Source of the DNA: Thermodesulfobacteriota bacterium
GTDB taxonomy: Bacteria; Desulfobacterota; Desulfarculia; JACQYL01
Assembly (NCBI GenBank): GCA_963675595.2
Contig: CAXXLZ010000002.1
Location: 1,216,001 to 1,280,000, forward strand
Reading direction: 5' to 3'
Length of the DNA stretch: 64,000 nt
Below, one piece after another: positions 1 to 7,775 of the stretch (position 1 is its first letter; each line of letters starts with the position of its first letter). The notes under the pieces are model-generated. The model was not told where the DNA came from, ran no database searches, and was given only the letters and a program-made list of their open reading frames with translations. The position numbers were made by a program, and so were the translations under genes.

Positions 1-438
1 GGAGATCTGCAAAGGCTCCGCGAACACCCCACCTCCGATCCCATAGGCCCTGTGATCCGTGTCATCGTAGACAAATCCGCCGTATCCGGCGAAAAAGGAG
101 TTCCCGTAGACAACGAGGTCCAATCCATACGGATTGTCGGCGTCGTCGGTGACCTGATGATCGAACTTGACCACGGCCCAGTCCCCCGTGCTGAAGGTGG
201 TGATGGCATCGTCTCCCCAGGCCGCCTCCACAAGACTCACATGGCTCGTTCCCCCGCCCCACGCCGGAATGATCGTGGTGGGTTTTCCCAAAAGGTCGTT
301 TGCATCGTTGTAAAGCCCGGAACCGTCCAGGCTCGCGGAACAATCCACCAACTCGGTGGCGAAAATCGAGGCGTGAGCCTGTCCGGCCGCCAAGATCAGC
401 ACCGTGCAGAGCAGGACGAACCTACCTACCATTTTCAT
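1..438 (-). CDS. Secreted cell-surface protein, partial (runs off the window); probably PEP-CTERM-type, possibly cobalamin-binding
   Basis: Not in the ORF track. Hand-translated open frame MKMVGRFVLLCTVLILAAGQAHA-SIFATELVD...VVKFDHQVTDDADNPYGLDLVVYGNSFF; signal peptide; AAGGAGG/GGGAGA RBS-like tract upstream; third gene of a co-oriented run. Confidence 0.8.
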   Translation of the reverse strand, partial: MKMVGRFVLLCTVLILAAGQAHASIFATELVDCSASLDGSGLYNDANDLLGKPTTIIPAWGGGTSHVSLVEAAWGDDAITTFSTGDWAVVKFDHQVTDDADNPYGLDLVVYGNSFFAGYGGFVYDDTDHRAYGIGGGVFAEPLQIS

Positions 439-469
439 TCGATTCTCCCTTTCCTCCTTTGCGCCCTCA

Positions 470-1090
470 TCATCCGACGGTCGTCCTGCGCCTTCTCCTG
501 AGTCCCGCCAGACCGACCAACCCGCTGCCCAGCAGCCACACCGCGCCGGGTATGGGCACCGTGGAGCATTCTCTGACGATCCAGTTGTTGTTCACGATGC
601 CGGCGGACTGGACCAAGCCCTGGTCTCCCGTTCTGCATTTCACGGTGCCCCCGAAGAAGTACACGCCGGCCACCTCGCCGGACCCGGTCACCCCGTACAT
701 CCTGGGATAGCCCTTGAAATAATCGGTCGCCCCGAGGAAGCTCACCAGGTATTCGATCTCGTCCAGCGGCCAATCAGAGGGATCACCGCTCCTCCAGTAG
801 CCGAGTTCAATGTCCGCGTTCACCAGAAGTTCAATCACTTCCGCCTTGGTGGCGTAGCGGAATCCCTCGAATTCTCCGCCATCCCCGAATTGGGTGGATA
901 CATAGCTTCTCGTCATGCTCAGCCCGAAGGACATATCGAGCCATTCCAACCCGGTTTCCGTGTCCAAAGTGACGCTCCCAGTCCCGAAAACCGCATCGTC
1001 CCGTTCCAGCAGAGAAGCATGCGTTTGGGAAATCAGGAGCAGTGAAAGCACGAATAAAGACGCAAGTTGCACCCATCGTAATCTGCTCAT
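470..1090 (-). CDS. PEP-CTERM (VPLPA-type) sorting-signal protein
   Basis: Signal peptide; C-terminus VPIPGAVWLLGSGLVGLAGLRRRRR. Confidence 0.9.
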   Translation of the reverse strand: MSRLRWVQLASLFVLSLLLISQTHASLLERDDAVFGTGSVTLDTETGLEWLDMSFGLSMTRSYVSTQFGDGGEFEGFRYATKAEVIELLVNADIELGYWRSGDPSDWPLDEIEYLVSFLGATDYFKGYPRMYGVTGSGEVAGVYFFGGTVKCRTGDQGLVQSAGIVNNNWIVRECSTVPIPGAVWLLGSGLVGLAGLRRRRRTTVG

Positions 1091-1124
1091 TTCTCAGCTT
1101 CCTTTTCTGTTTGATTTGTGCGCT

Positions 1125-1856
1125 TCAGCCGCGCATTCTGCGGCGAAAACCGATCAGACCCATCAAACCACTGCCCAGCAACCATATCGCGCCGGGAATG
1201 GGGACCACCGCCGCCTGTGCGGCCAAAGGAGTAATCGGCGCCGAACCGTCCCCGTATCCGGCAGTGCCGCTGAAACTCCAGCCGTCCCAGGAACCGTCCG
1301 ACAGATTGCGTGACGAAATCCCGTTTCCGGAATAGCCCCACTCGGAACCGCCGTCGCTTACCCAGTAACTCCAGTACCCGCTGTACCAGCCGTCCACGTA
1401 ATGATCGTCCGGGTCCTCGGGAGTCCCGTCTTCACCGTCCCATTCCCCCGGCACGTAACCGAACCCGTCATTGTCCAGGTCATAGCCGAAACCGGATACG
1501 GTGTAGGCGCCCCCGAACATGTCCCACCACTGCAGCCTGACGTACAGACGGGAATCGTCCCCGTCTAAGCCGCCCGCGTAGGGACCACCGCTCGCCGCAC
1601 CGTTTCCGAAAATAGCGGCGATCATATCGGCGCCGGTGGCCTCACCGTCCCATCGATAACCCCAAGCCAGACTCTCGGGTTCTTTGCCGTCGCGCCAGTC
1701 GATGACCATGGCGGCCTCATTGGAGCCTTCACCCACCCAGTAGGTAATGTCGTCAAAGCTGAAATCCACATACGGGTCCGCCGCGGCCGGCCCGCAGCAA
1801 ACCGCCGTCATCAGCAAAACCGCGGCGAATACCGTGGACAAATTCTTCATCTTCAT
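1125..1856 (-). CDS. PEP-CTERM (VPLPA-type) protein with a Trp/Tyr-rich domain resembling the DUF4430/transcobalamin-like beta domain
   Basis: Start MKMKNL after AAGGAGAG; signal peptide; YWVGEGSNEAAMVIDW...LAWGYRWDG and YWSYW..WGYS..G...R.LSDGSWDGW motifs; VPIPGAIWLLGSGL..RRR tail. Confidence 0.85.
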   Translation of the reverse strand: MKMKNLSTVFAAVLLMTAVCCGPAAADPYVDFSFDDITYWVGEGSNEAAMVIDWRDGKEPESLAWGYRWDGEATGADMIAAIFGNGAASGGPYAGGLDGDDSRLYVRLQWWDMFGGAYTVSGFGYDLDNDGFGYVPGEWDGEDGTPEDPDDHYVDGWYSGYWSYWVSDGGSEWGYSGNGISSRNLSDGSWDGWSFSGTAGYGDGSAPITPLAAQAAVVPIPGAIWLLGSGLMGLIGFRRRMRG

Positions 1857-2314
1857 TTTCAAGGCAACTCTCCTTGTGTGACGGAGCCTTCGCCATCGGA
1901 AGCGCTCCTCGTGCGCTATCACTTCTGTTCGTGCGTTCCTTCGCGTTCCGGCCCGGCGTTTTCGAAGGCCCACAAGCACGCTGCCCGGCGCCCACACGGC
2001 TTCCGGAAACGGACGCTTTATTCTTCGCATTGAATGCAGATTGGCTGATATCGCGAGGCGCGAGGGGAATCCGTGGAGAAAGTTCCCTTTCTCTTGGGAT
2101 TGACGGATACCGATGGATGGGTTATCCTAAGACTGTTCGTTCTCTCCTAGGAGAGGCGAACGGTACGCCCGGATTCGCGCCGGTGCGAAATTGGAAGGCC
2201 TGCATGGCGTCTTGGCGGAAGCGTGCGGGCCTTCTCCTTTTCTATCTTTTCTGTTCGAACGTTCTTCAGCACCTCCTTCCCATGGGCACGGCCCGTGCGT
2301 TTGCTTGTCCCCGC

Positions 2315-2363
2315 AAAAAAAAGGACAGCCGGGCTGCTGCAGAATGCGGCAACCCGGCTGTCC
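2315..2363 (-). terminator. Intrinsic terminator (expression platform of the c-di-GMP-I riboswitch)
   Basis: Minus strand GGACAGCCGGGTTGC-CGCATTCTGCA-GCAGCCCGGCTGTCC followed by T8; the 5' arm is the 3' strand of the aptamer. Confidence 0.85.
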
Positions 2364-2470
2364 GGAGTCGAACCTGAAGCGTTTCCGGGAACACGCTTCC
2401 GTCCGAACGTCTTTAGGACCCGTGGCTTTCCGACCCCCGGTTTCCCGGGGTGTGGCTTTCTCTCAAGTCG
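2345..2470 (-). ncRNA. c-di-GMP-I (GEMM-I) riboswitch with extended P3
   Basis: AAGCCACACCCCGG-GAAA-CCGGGGGTCGGAAAGCCACGGGTCC...GGACAGCCGGGTTGCCG matches the GEMM-I consensus (GNRA tetraloop, GGAAAGCC junction, AGCCGGGTTGCC 3' strand). Confidence 0.85.
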
Positions 2471-2621
2471 CGCCGAAAGATAATCAGATTATTCGGGAAC
2501 CTTCAGGTACTTCCCTCTGCGCCACCATCCGTCCTCACTCTGTTTTGGAGACTTTTTACAGGATGGTGGAGTCGGTCCCCTTCCCTGCGCCTTACTCTCT
2601 TTCCGGCACCTTGTTTACGAC

Positions 2622-2684
2622 CGTTTACACCAATACCGTCGGCAATGCTTGTCCGATATTGCTAAAAACTTGGACAATGTTGGC
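2622..2684 (-). promoter_or_regulatory. Tandem AraC-type boxes plus -10 (promoter A)
   Basis: Minus strand GCCAACATTGTCCAAG-TTTTT-AGCAATATCGGACAAG-N20-TAAACG. Confidence 0.7.
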
Positions 2685-3074
2685 ATCGGGCAGATTTTCC
2701 GTCTTCGGGGACTGAACCTTGCCGAAGAAAAACCCGGACCGAGCGCTTCGCGCTCAATCCGGGTCGGTTGGAGGTAGGCCGCTTCCCAGGGTGAAAGGCG
2801 GCTGGAAGGAAACGAGTCGTTATCAGTCGGAGAGGTGTAAAACGCGATCTCCCACGCATCGCGCTTCATCCCTCGTTACCGCGACGTCCTCCATGTGCGC
2901 TTCGTACATCGGAAATTGCGCGCCTTGCCTGTCATTGTTCTTCCTCCGTCCGCAAGACTCGTTCAATCAAAACGGATCGCCCCGACTCCGCCCATACGGC
3001 CGGCCGACATGCGGTGTAATTTCTCCGCTCGCAAGTCGCTTCATCACGAAACCGCGAAGGACCGATGCTCATTC

Positions 3075-3902
3075 TTATCCCGCCTTTTGATTCCGGGATC
3101 CGAGCAGCTTCCTTTCCGCTTTCATATAGTAGGAAGGCGCCACCCCCATGAGTCTCTTGAATATTCGAGTGAAATACGAGACGTTGTTGAAACCCACCGC
3201 GAAGCAGGCCTCCGATACGTTCATCTTTTGTTCCAGCATGAGAAGCTTCGCCGCCTCGATCCTCCTTTTGTTCAGATACTCACTGAAGGTAAGGGAAGTT
3301 TCCGATTTGAACACACGGGAAAAATGATACTTACTCATGCCGTTGGCCTTCGCCACCTGTTCCAACGTGATGGGTTGCATATAGTTCTGTTCGAGGTACA
3401 GAATGGATTTCTCCAGGTTGCGGGGAATCTTCCAATGTTCCCTGCGCAGGGAGACGATTCGATTCGATGGGTTGGACCCCATGCCGCGGAAGACGTGTTT
3501 GATATGGCCGAAGGCCAGCCGGTAAAAAAAATCTCGGAGTTTCTCGTGATGTTGAAGCATCACCAGGAAATCCTCGCTCTCTTGAACGTAGCAGGTCACC
3601 GGCTCCAGGCACAACAGGAGTTTGATGGACGGGCTTTCGGAAAGCACCTCCACCAGACCGAACCAATCTCCACGGCGTATCGTGCCGCATAACGTGCTGC
3701 TCTGGCAGGGGACCTCCCAATGAGCCGACCCGGATGCCAACACCCCGATCTGTTTCACCTTCTCTCCGTTTCGAAGCAGCGTGGACCCGGTGGGAAACAA
3801 CACGGGGCGCAAACCCAAAACCACCGATTTCACGGCCCCCTCGTTCAGATCGTTCAAGGGGCACAGCTCGTTCATTTCGGTTTCGACCTCAGCCCGGCAC
3901 AT
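3075..3902 (-). CDS. Transcriptional regulator: cNMP-binding-like N-terminal domain plus AraC HTH
   Basis: FPTGSTLLRNGE...IGVLASG...GDWFG cNMP-fold pattern; C-terminal ITLEQVAKANGMSKYHFSRVFK...VGFNNVSYFTRIFKRLMGVAPSYY; ATG at 3902 follows GAGG (alternative GTG at 3911). Confidence 0.9.
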   Translation of the reverse strand: MCRAEVETEMNELCPLNDLNEGAVKSVVLGLRPVLFPTGSTLLRNGEKVKQIGVLASGSAHWEVPCQSSTLCGTIRRGDWFGLVEVLSESPSIKLLLCLEPVTCYVQESEDFLVMLQHHEKLRDFFYRLAFGHIKHVFRGMGSNPSNRIVSLRREHWKIPRNLEKSILYLEQNYMQPITLEQVAKANGMSKYHFSRVFKSETSLTFSEYLNKRRIEAAKLLMLEQKMNVSEACFAVGFNNVSYFTRIFKRLMGVAPSYYMKAERKLLGSRNQKAG

Positions 3903-4117
3903 CTTAGACACCTCTTTCGTTCCAAAAAAAAGATCTCACCTCGGACAACCAAGGCAAGACCTGGAACTCGCCGGTGAAGGACAGGATACACGGGGGCCCG
4001 ACGTCGCGCTTAGGGCAACGACCTCATGACCGGGACCCGGCGCTTGCGCCCGGTCCGGCCCGCTCGATCCTTCTCGGCATTCCACCATGCCTTGATTCCC
4101 GAGGGCATACAGTGGAG

Positions 4118-4285
4118 ATCATCTCGGCAGGTCTCCTGGCTTGTGGTTCGTCCTACTCGCCGCACCTTCCCGGACCGAAACGTCCAGTGGTGAATAGCGG
4201 CTTTCGTCCCCACACACAGTGGCGATCCCGCAGCGGCTTCCGCCCCGCTTTCCCTATTATGCCCTTACCGGGCGCCTGAGATGAT
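4118..4285 (-). ncRNA. Cobalamin (B12) riboswitch
   Basis: Minus strand AATAGGGAAAGCGGGGCGGAAGCCGCTGCGGGATCGCCACTGT...CCACTGG..CCGGGAAGG...AAGCCAGGAGACCTGCC (B12 box); P1 ATCATCTC/GAGATGAT. Confidence 0.93.
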
Positions 4286-4318
4286 AACGGATGTCATTAT
4301 GCTACTAGGTACACTTCT

Positions 4319-4347
4319 TGTATACCCTCAACAGCGGCGGTTGGCAA
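4319..4347 (-). promoter_or_regulatory. Sigma70-type promoter of the B12 riboswitch-regulator transcript
   Basis: TTGCCA-N17-TATACA just upstream of the riboswitch. Confidence 0.55.
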
Positions 4348-4358
4348 ACACGACCCGC

Positions 4359-4405
4359 CTCTGCTCTCAGCTCTCAGCTCTCTGCTCTCTGCTCTCTGCT
4401 CTCAG
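4359..4405. repeat. Heptamer tandem repeat (CTCTCWG)x6
   Basis: ctctg ctctcag ctctcag ctctctg ctctctg ctctctg ctctcag. Confidence 0.9.
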
Positions 4406-7143
4406 GAAATATCGTCAAACATCAATTCCACGGTCGTCTCAACCGTCCCGAAGTTGGGAATCCGTGTTTCCACGGTTCCGCTGCCGGCATCAACGGCACT
4501 CAAATCAAATGTGTAGTCTCTACCGTGCAGGTCGTTGGATACGGATATCCCGTCGGTGTAGTCCGGGTCCAGGAACACGGTATACCCTCCGTCTCCCATG
4601 GTCGCCACCACCACACAGGAACCCGCGGAGTACTTCTGCAAATACAGGCTGAAAACCCCGTCGGCGCTTTTCCAGATCCCGTTTCGAGGATAAGTATCCT
4701 CGAAATCCACATCCGCGAACCTGAGTTCCACGGTCTTGATCACCTCGTCGAACCCCGGCAGAGAAGCCGTCACCGTGGCGCCGGTCGCGTCCGCGGCCGC
4801 CAGGCTCAGGCTGAATCCCTTGCCGTCGATATCCTGCCCCACGTTGATTCCGTCCCTGTAATCCGTATCCAGAAACACCGTGTACGCACCGTCGCCCATG
4901 GTGGCGATGACGATGCACGAGTTCGTGTCGTATTTCTGAAGATAGAGGCTGAGCACGTCGTCGGCGCTCTTCCAGATCCCGTTGGAGGGATACACGGCGG
5001 CGGAAGAGGTTACGGTAATATGGTCCGTAAAGGTTTTGGTCACGGTTCCATAGACGTTGGTCGCCGTCAGGGTCACCGTGTACTTGCCCGGCTGTGAGTA
5101 TACATGCACCGGATTCTGCTCCGCACCGGTGCCTCCGTCGCCGAAAATCCATGTCCAGGACGTGGGCCCGTTGGTGGATTCGTCGTCAAAGGTCACCGTA
5201 AGAGGCGCCGGACCGCTGGTGGGCGTGGCTGAGAACCCGGGAACGGGCGGTTGCTCGGAATCGATCACCGTGATGTAGTCCGTGCGAACCTTGAAGTCGC
5301 TTCCGCCGTCATTGGAAACGGTCAACTGCACGGAATAGGTTCCCGGTTCGGTATAGGTATGAGACGGGGCCTGGTAGTCGGCCGTTTCTCCATCGCCGAA
5401 ATCCCAACTCCACTGAGTGGGGTCGTCGGTGGATTCGTCTTTGAACATCACCTCCAAGGGCGCCTTGCCGCTGGTGGGAGCGGCGCTGAAAGCGCAGGTC
5501 GGAGCCGTGGTCGTCCCCCCGCCGTCGGTCACGGTAATGTAGTTCTGCCTCGTTTTCTCATCGGTTCCCGCACTGTTGGTAACCTCGAGGCCAACCGTGT
5601 ACGTGCCGGGAGTCGTATATTTGTGCGTGGGATTTTGGCTCCCGCTCTGGGAACCGTCTCCGAAATTCCACACCCAACCGGTTGGAACGCCCGTGGAGGC
5701 GTCCGTGAACGTCACCGAAAGAGGCGCCGATCCGTTCAAGGGCGCGGCCGTGAAGTCGCTCACCGGAGTGACCGGAGTAGCCGCTTCCGTTACCGTGATG
5801 TAGCCCGTTCGCGTCTTGCTGTCGGAATCGCCGCCGTTGGACACCGTCAACGTGACGGAGTAGGTCCCGGGATATTCGAAAGTATGAGGGGCATTCTGTG
5901 TGATGGCAGAGGGTGAATCGCTGAAATCCCACTGCCATTCCGTGGGCGATCCGTCGGATAGATCGGTGAAATGAACGGTCAAGGGAGCCGTACCGGTCGT
6001 GGGGTCCCCGGAAAAGTCGCACACCAGGTTTTCCACGGCCCCCGTTACGGTAATGTAGCCCACCTTGGTTTCGGTATCGTTCCCCCATTGATTCTTCGCA
6101 TAAAGTGATACCGTATATACCCCGGGCATTGAATAGACGTGAGATGGATTTTCCTGTCTTATGATCTTCCCATCCCCCAGATCCCATTTCCAACTGGTGG
6201 GGTCGTTTGAGGATTGGCTGGTGAATTGTACGGTGAGGGGCGCGGCGCCCGTGGTGGGGGTCGCTGAAAAAGCGGCCACAGGCGGATTGCCCTCCACCGT
6301 GATGAGCGCTTCCCTGGTTTTGCTGTGGCTGCCGAAGGCGTTGGTCACCGTAAGCACCACGGTGTACACCCCGTCGTTCTGATACACGTGCGCCGGATCG
6401 GACTGGGTGCTTGTGGACCCGTCTCCGAAATCCCAATCCCACTGGGTGGGGTCCCCCTCGGACAGGTCCGTGAAGGACACGGTCAACGGTTTTTCACCGC
6501 TGGTGGGCGCGGCCGAAAAGTCCGCCGAGGGAATCGCCTCCGTACCGTAATAGTCCGGTCCCCCGTCCCCCAGAAGCACGGTCTTGGAGGCGTCGGTATA
6601 CATATCCAGTTCGGAAGGACCGCCGGCTACAAGAAAGTCCCACCCGTCCTGCTCAATGAATTCGATCCACACATCCTCCCCGTTGGCAAGGCCTCCGTCA
6701 TATTGGAAGGTGGCCGTGAACAGAAGAAAATCCTCTCCTTCACTTATGTCTTGATGCGGCCCATAGCCGAGCAAACTCCATTTTCCGATATGCCGTATGG
6801 CGCCGGCGTCGGCCTCCGGATATTTCCGAGACCCCTTTTGCTCATACCAGGCATTAGGGTCGAAAGGATAATAAAGCATTTCCGTTGGGCCATAGGTCAG
6901 ATACTCAAATGTCAACTCGTCACCGTCCGCCTGAGTATCATCAAACCCCAGAGTAAGGCCCCAGGCGTGCAACTCGTCGTCGTGTTCCGCGTGGAGGTAC
7001 ACTTTCGCCTCGAAGGTTTCTCCGTTTTCGAGGGGCCCCCGGGAACCCACGGGCTGCATCCAGAGGAAGTGAGCAAAACCGGGAACAACGGACAGGAACC
7101 CGAACATCACTAGGACCACAAATCCGAGCGTCAACCTTCGCAT
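4402..7143 (-). CDS. Secreted protein: cohesin-like N-domain, six PKD domains, two C-terminal ~100-aa repeats
   Basis: Start MRRLTLGF after AGGAGAG; signal peptide; six F.A.PT.G.APL.V.F....WxWxFGDG-type units; two YP.NGIWKSAD repeats. Confidence 0.9.
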   Translation of the reverse strand: MRRLTLGFVVLVMFGFLSVVPGFAHFLWMQPVGSRGPLENGETFEAKVYLHAEHDDELHAWGLTLGFDDTQADGDELTFEYLTYGPTEMLYYPFDPNAWYEQKGSRKYPEADAGAIRHIGKWSLLGYGPHQDISEGEDFLLFTATFQYDGGLANGEDVWIEFIEQDGWDFLVAGGPSELDMYTDASKTVLLGDGGPDYYGTEAIPSADFSAAPTSGEKPLTVSFTDLSEGDPTQWDWDFGDGSTSTQSDPAHVYQNDGVYTVVLTVTNAFGSHSKTREALITVEGNPPVAAFSATPTTGAAPLTVQFTSQSSNDPTSWKWDLGDGKIIRQENPSHVYSMPGVYTVSLYAKNQWGNDTETKVGYITVTGAVENLVCDFSGDPTTGTAPLTVHFTDLSDGSPTEWQWDFSDSPSAITQNAPHTFEYPGTYSVTLTVSNGGDSDSKTRTGYITVTEAATPVTPVSDFTAAPLNGSAPLSVTFTDASTGVPTGWVWNFGDGSQSGSQNPTHKYTTPGTYTVGLEVTNSAGTDEKTRQNYITVTDGGGTTTAPTCAFSAAPTSGKAPLEVMFKDESTDDPTQWSWDFGDGETADYQAPSHTYTEPGTYSVQLTVSNDGGSDFKVRTDYITVIDSEQPPVPGFSATPTSGPAPLTVTFDDESTNGPTSWTWIFGDGGTGAEQNPVHVYSQPGKYTVTLTATNVYGTVTKTFTDHITVTSSAAVYPSNGIWKSADDVLSLYLQKYDTNSCIVIATMGDGAYTVFLDTDYRDGINVGQDIDGKGFSLSLAAADATGATVTASLPGFDEVIKTVELRFADVDFEDTYPRNGIWKSADGVFSLYLQKYSAGSCVVVATMGDGGYTVFLDPDYTDGISVSNDLHGRDYTFDLSAVDAGSGTVETRIPNFGTVETTVELMFDDIS

Positions 7144-7219
7144 TCGTTCTCTCCTGAAATCGGAGTTAGGGATTCGGAGCATGGTGTACAAATACGTAAC
7201 CTGCTTTACCTTGCTGAAC

Positions 7220-7282
7220 ATTATGGATGAAAAATTCGGCCCATTCTTGTCCGTTATTGCTCAAAATCAGCATTATCTTGCT
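7220..7282 (-). promoter_or_regulatory. Tandem AraC-type boxes plus -10 (promoter B)
   Basis: Minus strand AGCAAGATAATGCTGA-TTTTG-AGCAATAACGGACAAG-N20-CATAAT. Confidence 0.7.
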
Positions 7283-7411
7283 GTCTCGCCTTTATGCCCC
7301 GATTCTCGAAACGGATTCCATGCGTCCCATTCGGCCGTTCAACTGTGGGGAATATATATAAGGGATCCTCCGGACGGAAACCGATCCGGACCTCGCAAAA
7401 AAAAGCATGAC

Positions 7412-7474
7412 GGCAAGGAAGTCCATATTTTCCGCAATATAAGTCCAGCATCCTTCCCAAAGACCGGATATACC
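7412..7474 (+). promoter_or_regulatory. Tandem AraC-type boxes plus -10 (promoter C)
   Basis: GGCAAGGAAGTCCATA-TTTTC-CGCAATATAAGTCCAG-N20-TATACC. Confidence 0.65.
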
Positions 7475-7507
7475 TCTCTCCAATAGTACGCGTCCGACGC
7501 ACTTCCA

Positions 7508-7585
7508 CTTTCGAAAAAGCCACACCCGTCGTGAGGCGGGGCCGGAAAACTTCGGGTCTCCAGAGAGACGGCCGGGTTGCCGAAA
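7508..7585 (+). ncRNA. c-di-GMP-I (GEMM-I) riboswitch
   Basis: AAGCCACACCCGTC-GTGA-GGCGGGGCCGGAAAACTTCGGGTCTC-CAGA-GAGACGGCCGGGTTGCCG. Confidence 0.85.
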
Positions 7586-7607
7586 GGCAGCCCGGCTTTT
7601 GTTTTTT
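7570..7607 (+). terminator. Intrinsic terminator overlapping the aptamer 3' strand
   Basis: GCCGGGTTGCC-GAAA-GGCAGCCCGGC followed by TTTTGTTTTTT. Confidence 0.85.
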
Positions 7608-7775
7608 CCGGGCCCATGCGCGGGGGACGTTTGGAATGGAAACCCGAACCCGAAACCCAACCCCCAAAGCCCGCCTCGGTACGGGACGGCCGGCGGGTCG
7701 GCAAGACCCACGGTTTCACTCCGGAGTTCAAATCGAAACCGGAGGCAAGAACCCATCGGAACAAGGAGAAAGATC

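Noticed and set aside
2360-2375. tRNA gene suggested by GGTTCGACTCC
   Set aside because: No cloverleaf or acceptor stem; lies inside the riboswitch P3 extension
4402-6545. CRISPR-like or DGR-like repeats in the PKD gene
   Set aside because: The repeats are in-frame protein domain repeats; no spacers, cas genes, reverse transcriptase or adenine-specific variation seen
7508-7585. cGAMP-specific GEMM-Ib assignment
   Set aside because: The discriminating position reads G, not A, in both aptamers; cannot be fully excluded without binding data
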